Shown here piece by piece: positions 21,101 to 30,914 of a stretch of 64,000 nt of DNA. A program made the position numbers and the translations under genes. Where the stretch lies: positions 89,809 through 153,808 of the IMG/VR virus record IMGVR_UViG_3300017721_001026; one strand, written 5' to 3'. How positions within the stretch are numbered: position 1 is the first letter of the stretch; every line of letters starts with the position of its first letter. This DNA comes from a virus (taxonomy: Duplodnaviria > Caudoviricetes). The notes beneath the pieces are model-generated. The model ran no database searches. It was given only the letters and a program-made list of their open reading frames with translations, and had not been told where the DNA came from.

Positions 21101-22260
21101 GTGAATGCATTTGGAATCGTATCAACTGGTCTTGGTCGTGTTCCTACTGAAAAAGTATCTGATTGATTTGCAACAGACAATGTTGCATCAGTCTGTGTAC
21201 TATAATTTCCAGATGCTGTTTGCTTTAATTGAATTACATCACCATTATTACAAGTAGATGGAGATAGATCTGTATAATCTACTATTACCGTTCCATTTCG
21301 TGTAATTTGATATTCACCATTACCAGTAAAAGTTAATGGTAATGGGTTATTTCCACCAATATTATTATCTGCACCACTAATTGTAATTGAATTGCTTTCA
21401 TGAATTGTTCCGATGTCTACATTATCAACATCAGTAAATACAAAAGCATTAATTGTGGTATCTGCAGCTCTTGTTCTTATTTTAAATGTAGCTTGGAAAA
21501 CACCTAGTTGTACTGTCGTGACTATAGTTCCATCACTACTTCCATTAGTAGATGCAAATGATTCACCTGGATCTTGATAGAAATTGGAAGTTGTATTTCT
21601 TAATTGTAATGTATCTCCATCAAATATCTTTCCCGAACTTACAAATGCACCACCATTAATACTTAATTCACCAGAACCTACGATAAAAATATCGACACCA
21701 ATCGTAGCATCAATACCAGTTACAGTAACAACATCACTATTAGTTAGGGTACTGATTTCTAGATTATCTAAGTCGATGAAATCAAATGGATCTGGATCGT
21801 CATCAAGTTCTCTAGTTTTAGCAACCCAACCTTCTGGTCCTCTTTTACCGATATTAACATCTACTGAATACGTTGCATTAAATGCAGCTATACCAATAGA
21901 TACTGGTAGAGTAAGCACTTCAAGTTCAATCTTATCCTTATTACGGACAATAACCCTATTATTCGGATCATTGCCAGGTAAAAAGGGTCCTGTGGGACCA
22001 TATGAATCAGTTTCTTCAATATATGGAGTAACTCTAACAGAAGCAGCAATTCCTGCAGCAATTGCACCAGATGGTTGCTGTAGTTCCGCAGTTACTAGTG
22101 CCTTATAGTTAATTCCAGTAATAGTTACTGGAGTACAAGTCGCAGCTGTTCCTGGAAATACTTCTTCAACTTGTACAAAACTAAATGCGTCTGGATATTC
22201 ATCCAGATTACCTCTCCATGATATATTAGATCCAGGACCCTGAGCACCAATTAAAGGCAT
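18199..22260 (-). CDS. Large virion protein with tandem Ig-like repeats and a Gly-rich C-terminal domain
   Basis: 1353 aa; about 110-aa repeats starting DxxPxxFxFxD; C-terminal AGGGAGG...GAGGGGGGGAF region. Confidence 0.75.
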   Translation of the reverse strand: MPLIGAQGPGSNISWRGNLDEYPDAFSFVQVEEVFPGTAATCTPVTITGINYKALVTAELQQPSGAIAAGIAASVRVTPYIEETDSYGPTGPFLPGNDPNNRVIVRNKDKIELEVLTLPVSIGIAAFNATYSVDVNIGKRGPEGWVAKTRELDDDPDPFDFIDLDNLEISTLTNSDVVTVTGIDATIGVDIFIVGSGELSINGGAFVSSGKIFDGDTLQLRNTTSNFYQDPGESFASTNGSSDGTIVTTVQLGVFQATFKIRTRAADTTINAFVFTDVDNVDIGTIHESNSITISGADNNIGGNNPLPLTFTGNGEYQITRNGTVIVDYTDLSPSTCNNGDVIQLKQTASGNYSTQTDATLSVANQSDTFSVGTRPRPVDTIPNAFTFNDQTNVLRNELIYSNTITLAGMTAFGDEGTASISGSTGSDARYQVTRNGSIVQSWTNGSFGVQLGDQIQLRLLSATQSQGTASATFTVSGTNTFTILSGVNGSTTDTWNVTSKSRDCGISAFNLPNVSQASSTLNPGDQAKVEFTVGGTFEFDCNIIATTSNSNSFLKKKGTNLQGTTLNDVKIGDIIEVYMITPYFCETRTTTVSLSAAFTTSGSSQTANWTISPPSPPKPTLNLSATNLNPPFVFPDGGSTTVQYEYTHVTDSSVNATGPGGFGNLSSISVTTLGDQTKTGTRNVSNLQSGQSTFTLSVSNCTGTTTDSINVITGTPPAPTLFFCVNKNPPTSSCATTFNIKRNNSTKLYWSSTNAVKVQATKGTGFNTNDKQSGNDTVTPSSDGEVYTAKAFGAGVNPQTVSKSVTFRFKPSVTLTATPGNVTTGNNVTITWSSIDADKVISSSGLGFNNITALSGSTSVNMPNNGNYNWSITVKDDGTGETDNGNDSVTVVDDTTIDNYNMNPSSETNRNLGEKRESQPKFTSSPTNSVHGLSPGISVTAKVSGGGATFLNGSTTKTVSNGTSCNDLRIKMNASNSFNTTKTATMNIGGVSKTFKVKTKDCKVERGTYSVGGCTLNTTRFRGTQGDNRMGVTGVSNCNGTTGGKRETTTTGRIDRFQNQKNTSFILPAGTIAVEAKGIAGGGAGGKENTEEGAGGGGGGGAFKKEWNQAEGGDTIIFRAGRGGNGGGRSGESGESSYIQIRGTRQRDTAQADGGGGGDERGGGRGGSGRGAGSGDNGGSRRGDEGGHGGGAGRIYGGACSSGVADRGSRPCDQGGPGQGSGFGGECNGSNRQDRGREEGARGQDFGGGGSGGGCGNGGGSGGHGAVAIKYTISYEKATKVQVFLKIGAAYWDTRNYPPTGPEMGTWYNRYRDQPQNYQTLNALYSAISNSIKGTKSTNNRDNCGNSYTKLK

Positions 22261-22280
22261 TTATCAAATCCTCCGAAGTA

Positions 22281-25200
22281 TTATTGATATTGAGATTGAG
22301 AATATAGAACGTCAAAGTCATTTACTGGATCACCAGTACTGTTCTTTCTGACTAACACATAAGTATATAGATCTATACTGTTCGCATTTCCAGTATTTAT
22401 AGCCAATGAACCGTAATATCTTGGAGACATTCTGATATCATCGATATAAACTTCATCATTGTAATATGGTGTTGGACCTTGTTTCGTGGTTATAGCAACG
22501 GTAATAGATTCACTAACTTCTAAGAACTCAGTTAGTGCAAGTCCTGCACGTGCTCTCATGTTCACTGCCCAGTTAGCACCAGCATCTTGTGTGAAGTAGT
22601 AGATAGAAGATCTATCTAGATCAACCTCAACAATTGTAGTACCAATACCGATGACTGTAGAGTTATCTAGAGTGGTGTTTTCAATGATTTCAAACACCTT
22701 CATGGTGCCTCTGATTTCTGCATTGCCTTGAACATACATGGCAACGTCTGGTTTGGAACTATTCGTAGAACCAAAACCTACATTACGAGTGGTATGAATA
22801 CCTGTTGCATCAATTGCCCAGATGTCAGACACGTCAGTGAGACCAGATCCATCACCTGTAAATGTACCGATGAAGTATCCACCAATCTCAAATACATCTG
22901 TTTTATTGGAAATAGCACCCCAAGGATACCAATCATTATCAGTTGTGTAGCACCAACCAGCATTTTGACCTCTGAATGGGTTGCCGTTGAAGATAATATC
23001 ACCTGGGTTTCCTGCACCTTCTCCGACAAGTTCTACAGAAGATGCTGGTTGGGTAACACCTACAGTGTACTTTCTAGAAACCGTCTCATTACCTTGTAGG
23101 AATAGACTTGGAGATTCTAATCCTTTATTTGATGTAACAGTAAGTTTATTATTAACAAGAAGTGGACCATCAAACTGTGAAATAGTAGTTTTACTATCAC
23201 CACCATCAACTCTTACAGCATCAGAGACATTAACTTCAGATGCTTTAATGACATTGAATCCAAGTTTAGTGTCTGGAATCTGTTTAGATTCACCTCTAAA
23301 TCTGGGACGTGGTGTGGAGAACACTTCTTCATCACCTGCAGTAGTAATGACTCTCTTATTAGAGATATAGAAGTCACCATCACTATTCATACCAGTATAA
23401 ACAACAAATCCACCTTCTTCTTGGAATGATTGGGAAAGAACTTCTTCTGAAGCACTCAACTGACGATCATGACGATCTGGGAATGCAGTAGAGTAGTTAC
23501 CAGGACCATAACCAAGATATTCAAAAGTATGACCAGATGCACGAATAATAGAGTGCCTTCTAAACTCAATTGGTTTTGATATGATTCTTCTGAGTGCAGA
23601 TCCACTGGTATGTGCTTCTGCTTGTGTTCCTAAAAGACCTCTGTAAACTTTAACTGGGTTTCCAGTCACAGTTTGCTTAATCCTCATAATTTCACTATCA
23701 ATTATAATATAATCACCAATTTCTAAATCTAGATCATCTAGATCAGTGACATTCATATTTGTATCAAGTTTTGTCATTGCAAGTGCAAGACTTCCATAAA
23801 GATTACCATATGGAGTTGAGAGTCTACTGCTGAAACTTTCATCACCAGTAGTAATTTCTCCACCTTTAGCACCTAACGTAGTAGGATATATTACTGGTGA
23901 TCCACCAAGAGTAATAGATGGTAGTGTTGAAACACCGACATTAATAACAAGTTCAGATAGGGAATCAACTCTCTGAATTAAGAATGGTCCGTTGAATGCT
24001 TCACTGTCTCCTGTTGCACCACCAATAAAGACCTTATCATTAACTTGCAATCCATGTGGATTGATTCCTGTGGTGAATGTGGCAATACCTGTTGCTGGAG
24101 TGAAATCTGATGCAGTGATATTAAATGATGGTCCATTCAAATATGCAAATGCATCAGATGCGTTTGTTTCACCAATACCACCAAGTGTCGATCCAATACC
24201 AACTGGAGTCGAAGATATTACATCAAAACTTCGAGTTTCACCATCGTCAACAGTATTAATTTCATATGTTGTATTATAATCATGATACAATTCACTAATT
24301 CTTTCTAGTGTGAGTGAGTCACCAATGTTACTGTAAACTTTGGTTACTCTTACAGTACCTGCAGTATGTCCAGTTGTTGTAGCAATACCAACAACAGACA
24401 TAGTGTTTCCTACACCATATGCAGAACCACCATCCATGATAAAGACACTAGAAAGTGTTCCTGCAGATGACACCTGCACCCTTGCTGTTGCATTTTCACC
24501 AGTAATCGATCCACCAAAACCAACTAATTTTGCATTATAGAGGTTTTCAGTAACACCAATACCAGTTCCGTAGTTTGTTCCTGGGTCAACAACTTCAACT
24601 TTAACAATTCTGTTTAAACCATGATCATTTTTAGTGAAGATTGTATGTCTGTAACCATCAACTTCATCTTCAGAAAGAATGTCAGTGACACCAATACCAA
24701 CACCATAATTTTCTAGAGTAGAAATTACTGTTTCTTTTGTAATACTCTTCTCTGGATCATTGATGACAACCTTACCAATTGGATCTGCAACAGCAAAACA
24801 CTTAGAAGCATATGGATCAGAGTTTGGATTATCTCTATCATATTCTGGATATAGATTATCAAGAGGTTGTAACAGTTTTACATTATTAAATGGTGATACA
24901 TTTGGTGTGCTTGAAGAATTAACAACAGTTAGATGATATACACCATCCTGTTCATTTTGCACATACCTCTGGATTTCATCAGATTTGTAAACAACGAAAG
25001 TTCCTTCGTGCTTTTTCTTCTTCAGTTTTGGAAGGTTTTGATTGCGAATGGAAGTATCTGATGTGAAATCACCAGGATTTGTTGCAACACTAACCTTAAA
25101 TTCCTTTCTACTTATAATATCTGATACATCAAATGTTCCATTAAATCCTATATTTGCTTTTCCTGTGGTATTAAATCCACTGGTTGTATTAGTGATTTCT

Positions 25201-27842
25201 ACCTGAGATCCAGAAGTTAAATTGTGTGGAAGTTCAGTTCTAATAGTTGCTTTACTATCAATAGAACTCCATTCAGCATCTGCAATGAACTTAAAGTTTC
25301 TGAACTCGGTTGAATTTGATAGTGTTTGACTATCAAAACTTAGATACTTTTCAACTTCTGCATTAGATGTACCATCGATGTTATTTGATTCCTGTAGGAT
25401 AAATCCATCAACAGGAGGTCTACCTAATATTGGAGAATCTTTTGGTAGAACATAACGCATCTTATAGATGCTTGCTTCAATGTTTCTATCAGTTGGTTTT
25501 CTTAAGACGAAAGTTCTTGGAGTCGTCTCACCCAATTCTGCAACACCTCTGTCGAAAAGTTGCTTATAAATGCTTGCATCAGTGCTACCAGTTGATACAT
25601 TAATATACCATTGACTCTGTGTTGCATCCCACTGAACTGGGTGTCCAAGATCTCCTGCAGATTTGTCAGATACTCTACTTACAACACTAAGAATACCACC
25701 AGTGTTATTAAGAGTAATTGGGATATCATTGTTTGCATCATTTAGAGTTGCAGCAAGTTTTAATTGATTTGCTCCAAGTGCTGGATTAGGAGCAATTGCT
25801 GTAGTAATTACATGATATACTCTTTCTTCTTCAACACCATCAGGTAGTCCACCATTTTCACTAATAACTCTAACTGTTTCTCCATTTAGGAAAGTATGAT
25901 TTCCCTGTAGAGTGATTGTGTTAGATGAAATGACGTTTACGCCAGCAGTTTGCTTAACTTTATGAATTTTTTCAGATATCTTTTCATCACTAGTGTCTTC
26001 TGTGTTGGGCATTACAACTTTAGAGTGATAAGTTGTAATTTCGTTTCCTTCTGCAAGAAGAACTTTTAGTGCTTCATTTTTATTAGAACCAACACGATAT
26101 CCATCAATAACTGTTGCTGGTGGAACATCAAAGTTATTCTCTTCATACAAGAAGAGTTTACTGGTTGTTGCAATACCTACAGAAGTAGTGACTCCTACGT
26201 CAATACCTAGGAATTCGATACCTGCCTCAACAGACTCAATTTCTTTTGGTGAAACTACGTGTGAAATATAACCAATATCGTCTCTTGCGAATGCATCTGG
26301 ACGGAATCCTCTAGAAACAAGAGCTTTAGCACCAAAGTTAGAGTTGGAGTTAGTGATAGACGCATCACCACCAGACTCTAATAAGAAGTGGTTATTGAAA
26401 CCAATTGCAAAGACCGAAACGATCTGTAGTAGTGAATTGTTACTACACTTAATATGGAAGTTTTCGTATGATGGTTTAAATCTTGCTTCGGAGTCTGTAT
26501 GAATATTTTCATTACCTGCAGCAAGAGTTCCTTCATATAATCCAGTAGTTGAATTATACTTAACAAACGCATTATCATCTTTCTGAAGTCCAATTCCCGT
26601 GAATTGAGCTAGAACCATGGATTTGAATCCAGTTGCCTTAGATCCATCTGCATGAAGACCACACATACCAAAAACAGATCTCAAAGATATGTTAAAGATA
26701 TATGGTGATGCAGAAGTAACAGTGTCAACAGAGATATTCAGAGTTGCACCTGAAGTTGTTGCTGGTAGTGCATTATCTGGTGGAACAGATACTTGATACT
26801 TAATCTCTGTAGTTGACAGAACTTCAAATACAGCAAATTGACCGTCATATCCAGAATCAGCAATACCTTCAATACGAATTGGAGTATTTACATCTAGTCC
26901 AGGAACTGCATTCTCTAAGGTGACTGTAATTTCTGTTGTGGATATAGCACCATCACCTGCCTTAATACTGGTAATTCCTACTTCAGCACCAGTAGAACCA
27001 ACAATACGAAATTCATCAATCTTTGGTTCAATGTCTAGAGTATCGGAAGGATAATCGGGAGAAACTTCTCTTCCAGATGGTTTACCATATGCGAAACCAA
27101 CCTTTTGATAATACATCTCAAGGTCAGTATTTGAATCATCATAGACTAGGAAGTCATCATTGATAGATACACCGTTTACACCATCAGCATACTCAAAACA
27201 AGCGAGTTTGTGGTGTGAGAAGTTGGGAACAAATGCGTTAGTTGTGTAATCTTTATATACCGTACCAGTCTGATCACCATCAAAGATGGAGAACTGCCAC
27301 ATATAACAAGCACCAGTTAAACGGAAGACAGCACTTCTTGCAACCTGGTCGTTTTCTGGATTGGGAACATATTTGGGAATAATTTTAGTCTTTCTTAGGT
27401 CAAGACCTACAAGTGATGTACCTCTAGGAATGATAACACCACCATGAACACTGTTAATTTTATATAATGCATTATTAGGACTGTCTAAATCAAAATTACT
27501 GTTAACATCTAGTGGTGGGAAATCATCAGAAGTAGTACCAGACCTAAGTCTATATGTATTTGCTATTTGATCTTGAATTGGTATCCATCCTGGTCTATTA
27601 TCTACGACGTGCTCACCAGGATATAGTAGAATAGTAGTTCTACCAAATCTATCGTTATTTTCTCCTGCTTGATAGGAGAATCGTGCTGCTTCTAGCAGTG
27701 CTCTTTGAATTGTTTTAAATGGTCTTGCTAAAGAGTTTCCTTTATTCTCAATACTATCAGTAGAATCCAAACTTGAAGGATCTACATAAAGAATCTCACC
27801 TTTGGTACTCTTTAGAAAATTATCCAGACGACTAAGACCCAT
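22281..27842 (-). CDS. Very large conserved cyanophage virion structural protein
   Basis: 1853 aa; MGLSRLDNFLKS...LYVDP...GNSLARPFKTIQRALLEA; beta-helix-like segments; HTFEYLGYGPGNYS. Confidence 0.8.
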   Translation of the reverse strand: MGLSRLDNFLKSTKGEILYVDPSSLDSTDSIENKGNSLARPFKTIQRALLEAARFSYQAGENNDRFGRTTILLYPGEHVVDNRPGWIPIQDQIANTYRLRSGTTSDDFPPLDVNSNFDLDSPNNALYKINSVHGGVIIPRGTSLVGLDLRKTKIIPKYVPNPENDQVARSAVFRLTGACYMWQFSIFDGDQTGTVYKDYTTNAFVPNFSHHKLACFEYADGVNGVSINDDFLVYDDSNTDLEMYYQKVGFAYGKPSGREVSPDYPSDTLDIEPKIDEFRIVGSTGAEVGITSIKAGDGAISTTEITVTLENAVPGLDVNTPIRIEGIADSGYDGQFAVFEVLSTTEIKYQVSVPPDNALPATTSGATLNISVDTVTSASPYIFNISLRSVFGMCGLHADGSKATGFKSMVLAQFTGIGLQKDDNAFVKYNSTTGLYEGTLAAGNENIHTDSEARFKPSYENFHIKCSNNSLLQIVSVFAIGFNNHFLLESGGDASITNSNSNFGAKALVSRGFRPDAFARDDIGYISHVVSPKEIESVEAGIEFLGIDVGVTTSVGIATTSKLFLYEENNFDVPPATVIDGYRVGSNKNEALKVLLAEGNEITTYHSKVVMPNTEDTSDEKISEKIHKVKQTAGVNVISSNTITLQGNHTFLNGETVRVISENGGLPDGVEEERVYHVITTAIAPNPALGANQLKLAATLNDANNDIPITLNNTGGILSVVSRVSDKSAGDLGHPVQWDATQSQWYINVSTGSTDASIYKQLFDRGVAELGETTPRTFVLRKPTDRNIEASIYKMRYVLPKDSPILGRPPVDGFILQESNNIDGTSNAEVEKYLSFDSQTLSNSTEFRNFKFIADAEWSSIDSKATIRTELPHNLTSGSQVEITNTTSGFNTTGKANIGFNGTFDVSDIISRKEFKVSVATNPGDFTSDTSIRNQNLPKLKKKKHEGTFVVYKSDEIQRYVQNEQDGVYHLTVVNSSSTPNVSPFNNVKLLQPLDNLYPEYDRDNPNSDPYASKCFAVADPIGKVVINDPEKSITKETVISTLENYGVGIGVTDILSEDEVDGYRHTIFTKNDHGLNRIVKVEVVDPGTNYGTGIGVTENLYNAKLVGFGGSITGENATARVQVSSAGTLSSVFIMDGGSAYGVGNTMSVVGIATTTGHTAGTVRVTKVYSNIGDSLTLERISELYHDYNTTYEINTVDDGETRSFDVISSTPVGIGSTLGGIGETNASDAFAYLNGPSFNITASDFTPATGIATFTTGINPHGLQVNDKVFIGGATGDSEAFNGPFLIQRVDSLSELVINVGVSTLPSITLGGSPVIYPTTLGAKGGEITTGDESFSSRLSTPYGNLYGSLALAMTKLDTNMNVTDLDDLDLEIGDYIIIDSEIMRIKQTVTGNPVKVYRGLLGTQAEAHTSGSALRRIISKPIEFRRHSIIRASGHTFEYLGYGPGNYSTAFPDRHDRQLSASEEVLSQSFQEEGGFVVYTGMNSDGDFYISNKRVITTAGDEEVFSTPRPRFRGESKQIPDTKLGFNVIKASEVNVSDAVRVDGGDSKTTISQFDGPLLVNNKLTVTSNKGLESPSLFLQGNETVSRKYTVGVTQPASSVELVGEGAGNPGDIIFNGNPFRGQNAGWCYTTDNDWYPWGAISNKTDVFEIGGYFIGTFTGDGSGLTDVSDIWAIDATGIHTTRNVGFGSTNSSKPDVAMYVQGNAEIRGTMKVFEIIENTTLDNSTVIGIGTTIVEVDLDRSSIYYFTQDAGANWAVNMRARAGLALTEFLEVSESITVAITTKQGPTPYYNDEVYIDDIRMSPRYYGSLAINTGNANSIDLYTYVLVRKNSTGDPVNDFDVLYSQSQYQ

Positions 27843-27871
27843 TGTATTAACGCGTTAAATTCCTATAGGTC

Positions 27872-27878
27872 TATTTAT
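27872..27878 (-). promoter_or_regulatory. Late promoter motif (ATAAATA)
   Basis: 30 nt upstream of the 1853-aa gene. Confidence 0.6.
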
Positions 27879-27905
27879 CAATATAATTATAGTAATAATT
27901 TATAA

Positions 27906-27998
27906 TGGAAGTGGTGGGACTCGAACCCACAACCGCGCACTAATCTGGTGCATACAGAAGGTATAAGCTTCTCGCTCTGCCAATTGAGCTACACTTCC
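27906..27998 (-). tRNA. tRNA-Ile(UAU) with a 25-nt variable region; CCA not encoded
   Basis: Acceptor GGAAGTG/CACTTCC+A; D arm GCTC-AATTGGCA-GAGC; anticodon arm AGAAG-CT TAT AC-CTTCT; T arm GTGGG-TTCGAGT-CCCAC. Confidence 0.92.
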
Positions 27999-28003
27999 GA
28001 AAT

Positions 28004-28561
28004 TTATTTGAACCGTGGTCCACCCATCCAACCAACTAAAGAAAATCTATTTCCACTTTTTATTTTCCTAACTCTATGTTGTATTATTGATGGAAACACC
28101 AACACATCACCACAATCAAGTTTAAATGAATCTTTGAATTCAGATGCTGGATAAAATATTTCAAGTTCACCACCTTCATAATCATCCTTTGATGATAAGC
28201 ACATTACAACACTCAATTTTCTAGTGAATTCTTGAGATAAAATCTCAATGTCTGCATCTATGTGCCAGTTGTAAAAATCACCTTCGTTATATTGAGTAAA
28301 TTGTATTTTCTTTCGATACCCATCAATGTCAAAGTTAAAATAATGTTTATTTGCACTAAGTACAAAATGTGACATCATTCCAGCAATCCAACTATCATTA
28401 TCAATCCAATTAACTTTAGACTTCCTATGTTTTGGATTTACATTACCGTCACCAAGTCCAACATAAGCATCTTCTAAATCAATTCGATATTCTTTGATAA
28501 TTTCATCACAAATACTTTTAGGAATTTGTGATGGGATTTGGTAGTAATTGAGGAGTGTCAT
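28004..28561 (-). CDS. 2OG-Fe(II) oxygenase (prolyl-4-hydroxylase-like)
   Basis: FYNWHID (HxD), RKLS, DYEGGEL, VFPS..HRV, RFSLVGW. Confidence 0.92.
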   Translation of the reverse strand: MTLLNYYQIPSQIPKSICDEIIKEYRIDLEDAYVGLGDGNVNPKHRKSKVNWIDNDSWIAGMMSHFVLSANKHYFNFDIDGYRKKIQFTQYNEGDFYNWHIDADIEILSQEFTRKLSVVMCLSSKDDYEGGELEIFYPASEFKDSFKLDCGDVLVFPSIIQHRVRKIKSGNRFSLVGWMGGPRFK

Positions 28562-28712
28562 CTATTTTCCAAGTGGGTGGGTGAAAAACACAGTATTCAT
28601 TAAATGTTATTTTCATTTCCTTTTCTGTTAATCCACAATTTTTTGCTGCTTTTGGAAGATTCCATTTTGCCGAAAATAGCATTTCCATTGACTCTCTTGT
28701 TTCTGGTCTCAT
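28518..28712 (-). CDS. Small hypothetical protein (HTH-like)
   Basis: 64 aa; WNLPKAAKNCGLTEKEMK; on the coding strand. Confidence 0.7.
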   Translation of the reverse strand: MRPETRESMEMLFSAKWNLPKAAKNCGLTEKEMKITFNEYCVFHPPTWKIDDTPQLLPNPITNS

Positions 28713-28715
28713 AAT

Positions 28716-28790
28716 TTTGAAAACCTCTCATATGAAAAAATTGTGGGGATTTTTTTGCCCCGATTTTTGGATTTAAAACCCGTTTTCCTT
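28716..28790. repeat. Dispersed A/T-tract element, copy 1
   Basis: aaaaaattgtggggatttttttgccccgatttttggatttaaaa; similar to 47824-47900. Confidence 0.7.
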
Positions 28791-29231
28791 TTGGAGTTCA
28801 TAATATGTTGGTGAACCCCACTCAAGTTTACTGCCTTTCCATCCTTGATCCATACTACGATAAGTATATCCATCAAATTCTACGAAACTTTTAAGTGTTG
28901 TTTCACGAATGCTTGGATCTGGATTAATCAATTCACCTTTATAGAACGTATCTGTAAGTATGAACTTCATATCGAATATAGGATTATGAGTCCAAGAGAT
29001 TCCCCAGTTCTCAACAATGATAGAATCATCTTTTGCCACGATCTTATGGCATCGAGAACGATAGGGTCTTGATTCTCCCTCATGATCATACCATTGTTTA
29101 ATGGTCATCCTACCTCCTTCACGAAGGTCTGTCCACTCAATATGAACATGAGAGTGATCTCTGGGACTTGATTGTGCTTGTCTTAAATTATTATACTTTC
29201 CTGCTAATTTTGATATGAACTCTTCAATCAT
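28773..29231 (-). CDS. cpeT: CpeT/CpcT-like phycobilin lyase (phage T-type)
   Basis: LAGKYNNLRQAQSSP..HSHVHI, KQWY...PYR, SMDQGW...WGS. Confidence 0.85.
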   Translation of the reverse strand: MIEEFISKLAGKYNNLRQAQSSPRDHSHVHIEWTDLREGGRMTIKQWYDHEGESRPYRSRCHKIVAKDDSIIVENWGISWTHNPIFDMKFILTDTFYKGELINPDPSIRETTLKSFVEFDGYTYRSMDQGWKGSKLEWGSPTYYELQKENGF

Positions 29232-29437
29232 GCTGCTACATTTGGTTTGGTGTAGAAAATCATTTCTTCGTCAACCTTATCACGGACAACCTTGAAAACA
29301 TTCATAAACTCATCATATGTATTACACTCAATAACTTTCTCATTGCCTTGGGTTGAGAACAAAGTGAAATGCCTCTTACTCATATCGATGAGGACTGAAT
29401 TGATGTACTCTTCCATGGTGTTCCCTGGTTTACCCAC
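29228..29437 (-). CDS. Small hypothetical protein (start may be ATG at 29416)
   Basis: Up to 69 aa; directly behind a consensus early promoter. Confidence 0.7.
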   Translation of the reverse strand: MGKPGNTMEEYINSVLIDMSKRHFTLFSTQGNEKVIECNTYDEFMNVFKVVRDKVDEEMIFYTKPNVAA

Positions 29438-29439
29438 GT

Positions 29440-29468
29440 ATTATAGCAGGATCAGGGATCCGTGTCAA
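29440..29468 (-). promoter_or_regulatory. Sigma70-type early promoter
   Basis: TTGACA-17 nt-TATAAT. Confidence 0.85.
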
Positions 29469-30075
29469 CCTCTGCTTGCTCGATGACTAGTGAATCGATA
29501 TCCTTACGTTCTCCGTAGATATGATAGAAACAGTCTATTGGCATACCACCTTGTGCTTGAAGATGTACTTTTTCGGCATCAAGTCTTTTTATAATAACAT
29601 TTTGATGAGCACCAATGGGTGTTAGTAAAACAGTCATTGTCCTAACATCTACAAGATCTTTCCAATATGCAGGGAGACTAATTTCTTTCTGATTGGTTAC
29701 TCGACCACGAACATATACACCATATTCTGGTCCTTCAAGGCATCCGTGCCATAACCGAACACCTTCTTTATTAGGTGATGGGTGTGGAATATTGAATGCT
29801 TTCGAGTTTGAACTGAATGATCCAGCAGACACTAAACCAGAAAATGTTGCAGTTGTTCCTGTTAAAGGACCAGCAAGAGTTAGTGATGTAGTAACTGTAA
29901 AATTATCAATCTTTGCAGTGGAATAATATCTATTTGGACAAGCCTCTGTTGGATAATCCTCTTCTGCAAGTAGAAACTGTTTAGTAATGTACTGATCAAG
30001 AGCAGATGGAACTCCATATGCTGCTCTATCTGCACAATCGGGACCATCAGGTCTGCTTCCTGGTGTAAATGTCAT
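29452..30075 (-). CDS. Baseplate/tail-associated protein with a FxIPHP..LxHxCLEGPE C-terminal domain
   Basis: 207 aa; C-terminal domain paralogous to the next gene; lies in the gp5 operon. Confidence 0.7.
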   Translation of the reverse strand: MTFTPGSRPDGPDCADRAAYGVPSALDQYITKQFLLAEEDYPTEACPNRYYSTAKIDNFTVTTSLTLAGPLTGTTATFSGLVSAGSFSSNSKAFNIPHPSPNKEGVRLWHGCLEGPEYGVYVRGRVTNQKEISLPAYWKDLVDVRTMTVLLTPIGAHQNVIIKRLDAEKVHLQAQGGMPIDCFYHIYGERKDIDSLVIEQAEVDTDP

Positions 30076-30908
30076 TATTTTTCCTCAATGTTGTTTAAAT
30101 TTTCTTTAACCATGTCTTTAATCAATCCTTCAACATAGTTATGTTCAAAGTTGAATGAGTATCCTTCGTTTCCTCCAGGATAATCTTCATGTGATTCACC
30201 CTCATATTCTACTATAAGATCGTCATCAAGTCTACGGGCAACAATGTGGTAATCACCACTGATAGGTCCACCAAGATTATTTCTTACAACAACTTGCCTT
30301 CCCCATCTAATTTCTTGAACGAATAGTTCTTGCCAAGTTCCAAACGGTGTTAAATTAATGGACATATCTTCTTTATTGACGAGACCATCCCAGAAAGATG
30401 GAAGTTCAATAACACCATTTGGTGGAATCTTTCCTCTACAATATACAGCAATCTCTGGACCTTCTATACAAACGTGCCTCAATCTCCACCCATCTTTATT
30501 TGGATGAGGCATATCAAATGGCAAATCCTTCTTAAGTGCAAGAACATGTCTTCCACAACTACCTATAACCATTCCTTGTGCTAAAACGTTAGCACCTACG
30601 ACTGCATTGGTGGCAACATTAAGATCACCCAGAATACCAACACTACCCAAGACTGCTAATGAGAATGGGTTTGCGGGTGGTCCATAGCAGAACCCACCAG
30701 GAATGAATGGTGGTGGTGAATCGGGATTGATTAGAGGACCAATATTGACTGTACCAAAACAAAGAGGGAATGGTGTGCCAACATTCATTGGTCCTTCAAT
30801 GAATGCGGAACCTCGAACTCGTGCAGGTCCAAGTCCAAAAAATGGAACGACACCTAGACCAACGTTGAGTTGATGTTGAATAGTTAAATCATCGACTGAC
30901 CATGCCAT
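30075..30908 (-). CDS. Baseplate/tail-associated protein with a FDMPHP..LRHVCIEGPE domain
   Basis: 277 aa; paralog of 29452-30075. Confidence 0.7.
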   Translation of the reverse strand: MAWSVDDLTIQHQLNVGLGVVPFFGLGPARVRGSAFIEGPMNVGTPFPLCFGTVNIGPLINPDSPPPFIPGGFCYGPPANPFSLAVLGSVGILGDLNVATNAVVGANVLAQGMVIGSCGRHVLALKKDLPFDMPHPNKDGWRLRHVCIEGPEIAVYCRGKIPPNGVIELPSFWDGLVNKEDMSINLTPFGTWQELFVQEIRWGRQVVVRNNLGGPISGDYHIVARRLDDDLIVEYEGESHEDYPGGNEGYSFNFEHNYVEGLIKDMVKENLNNIEEK

Positions 30909-30914
30909 AATTAT

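Noticed and set aside
27931-27955. tRNA intron
   Set aside because: The extra sequence lies between the anticodon and T arms, not in the anticodon loop, and is too short for a self-splicing intron.
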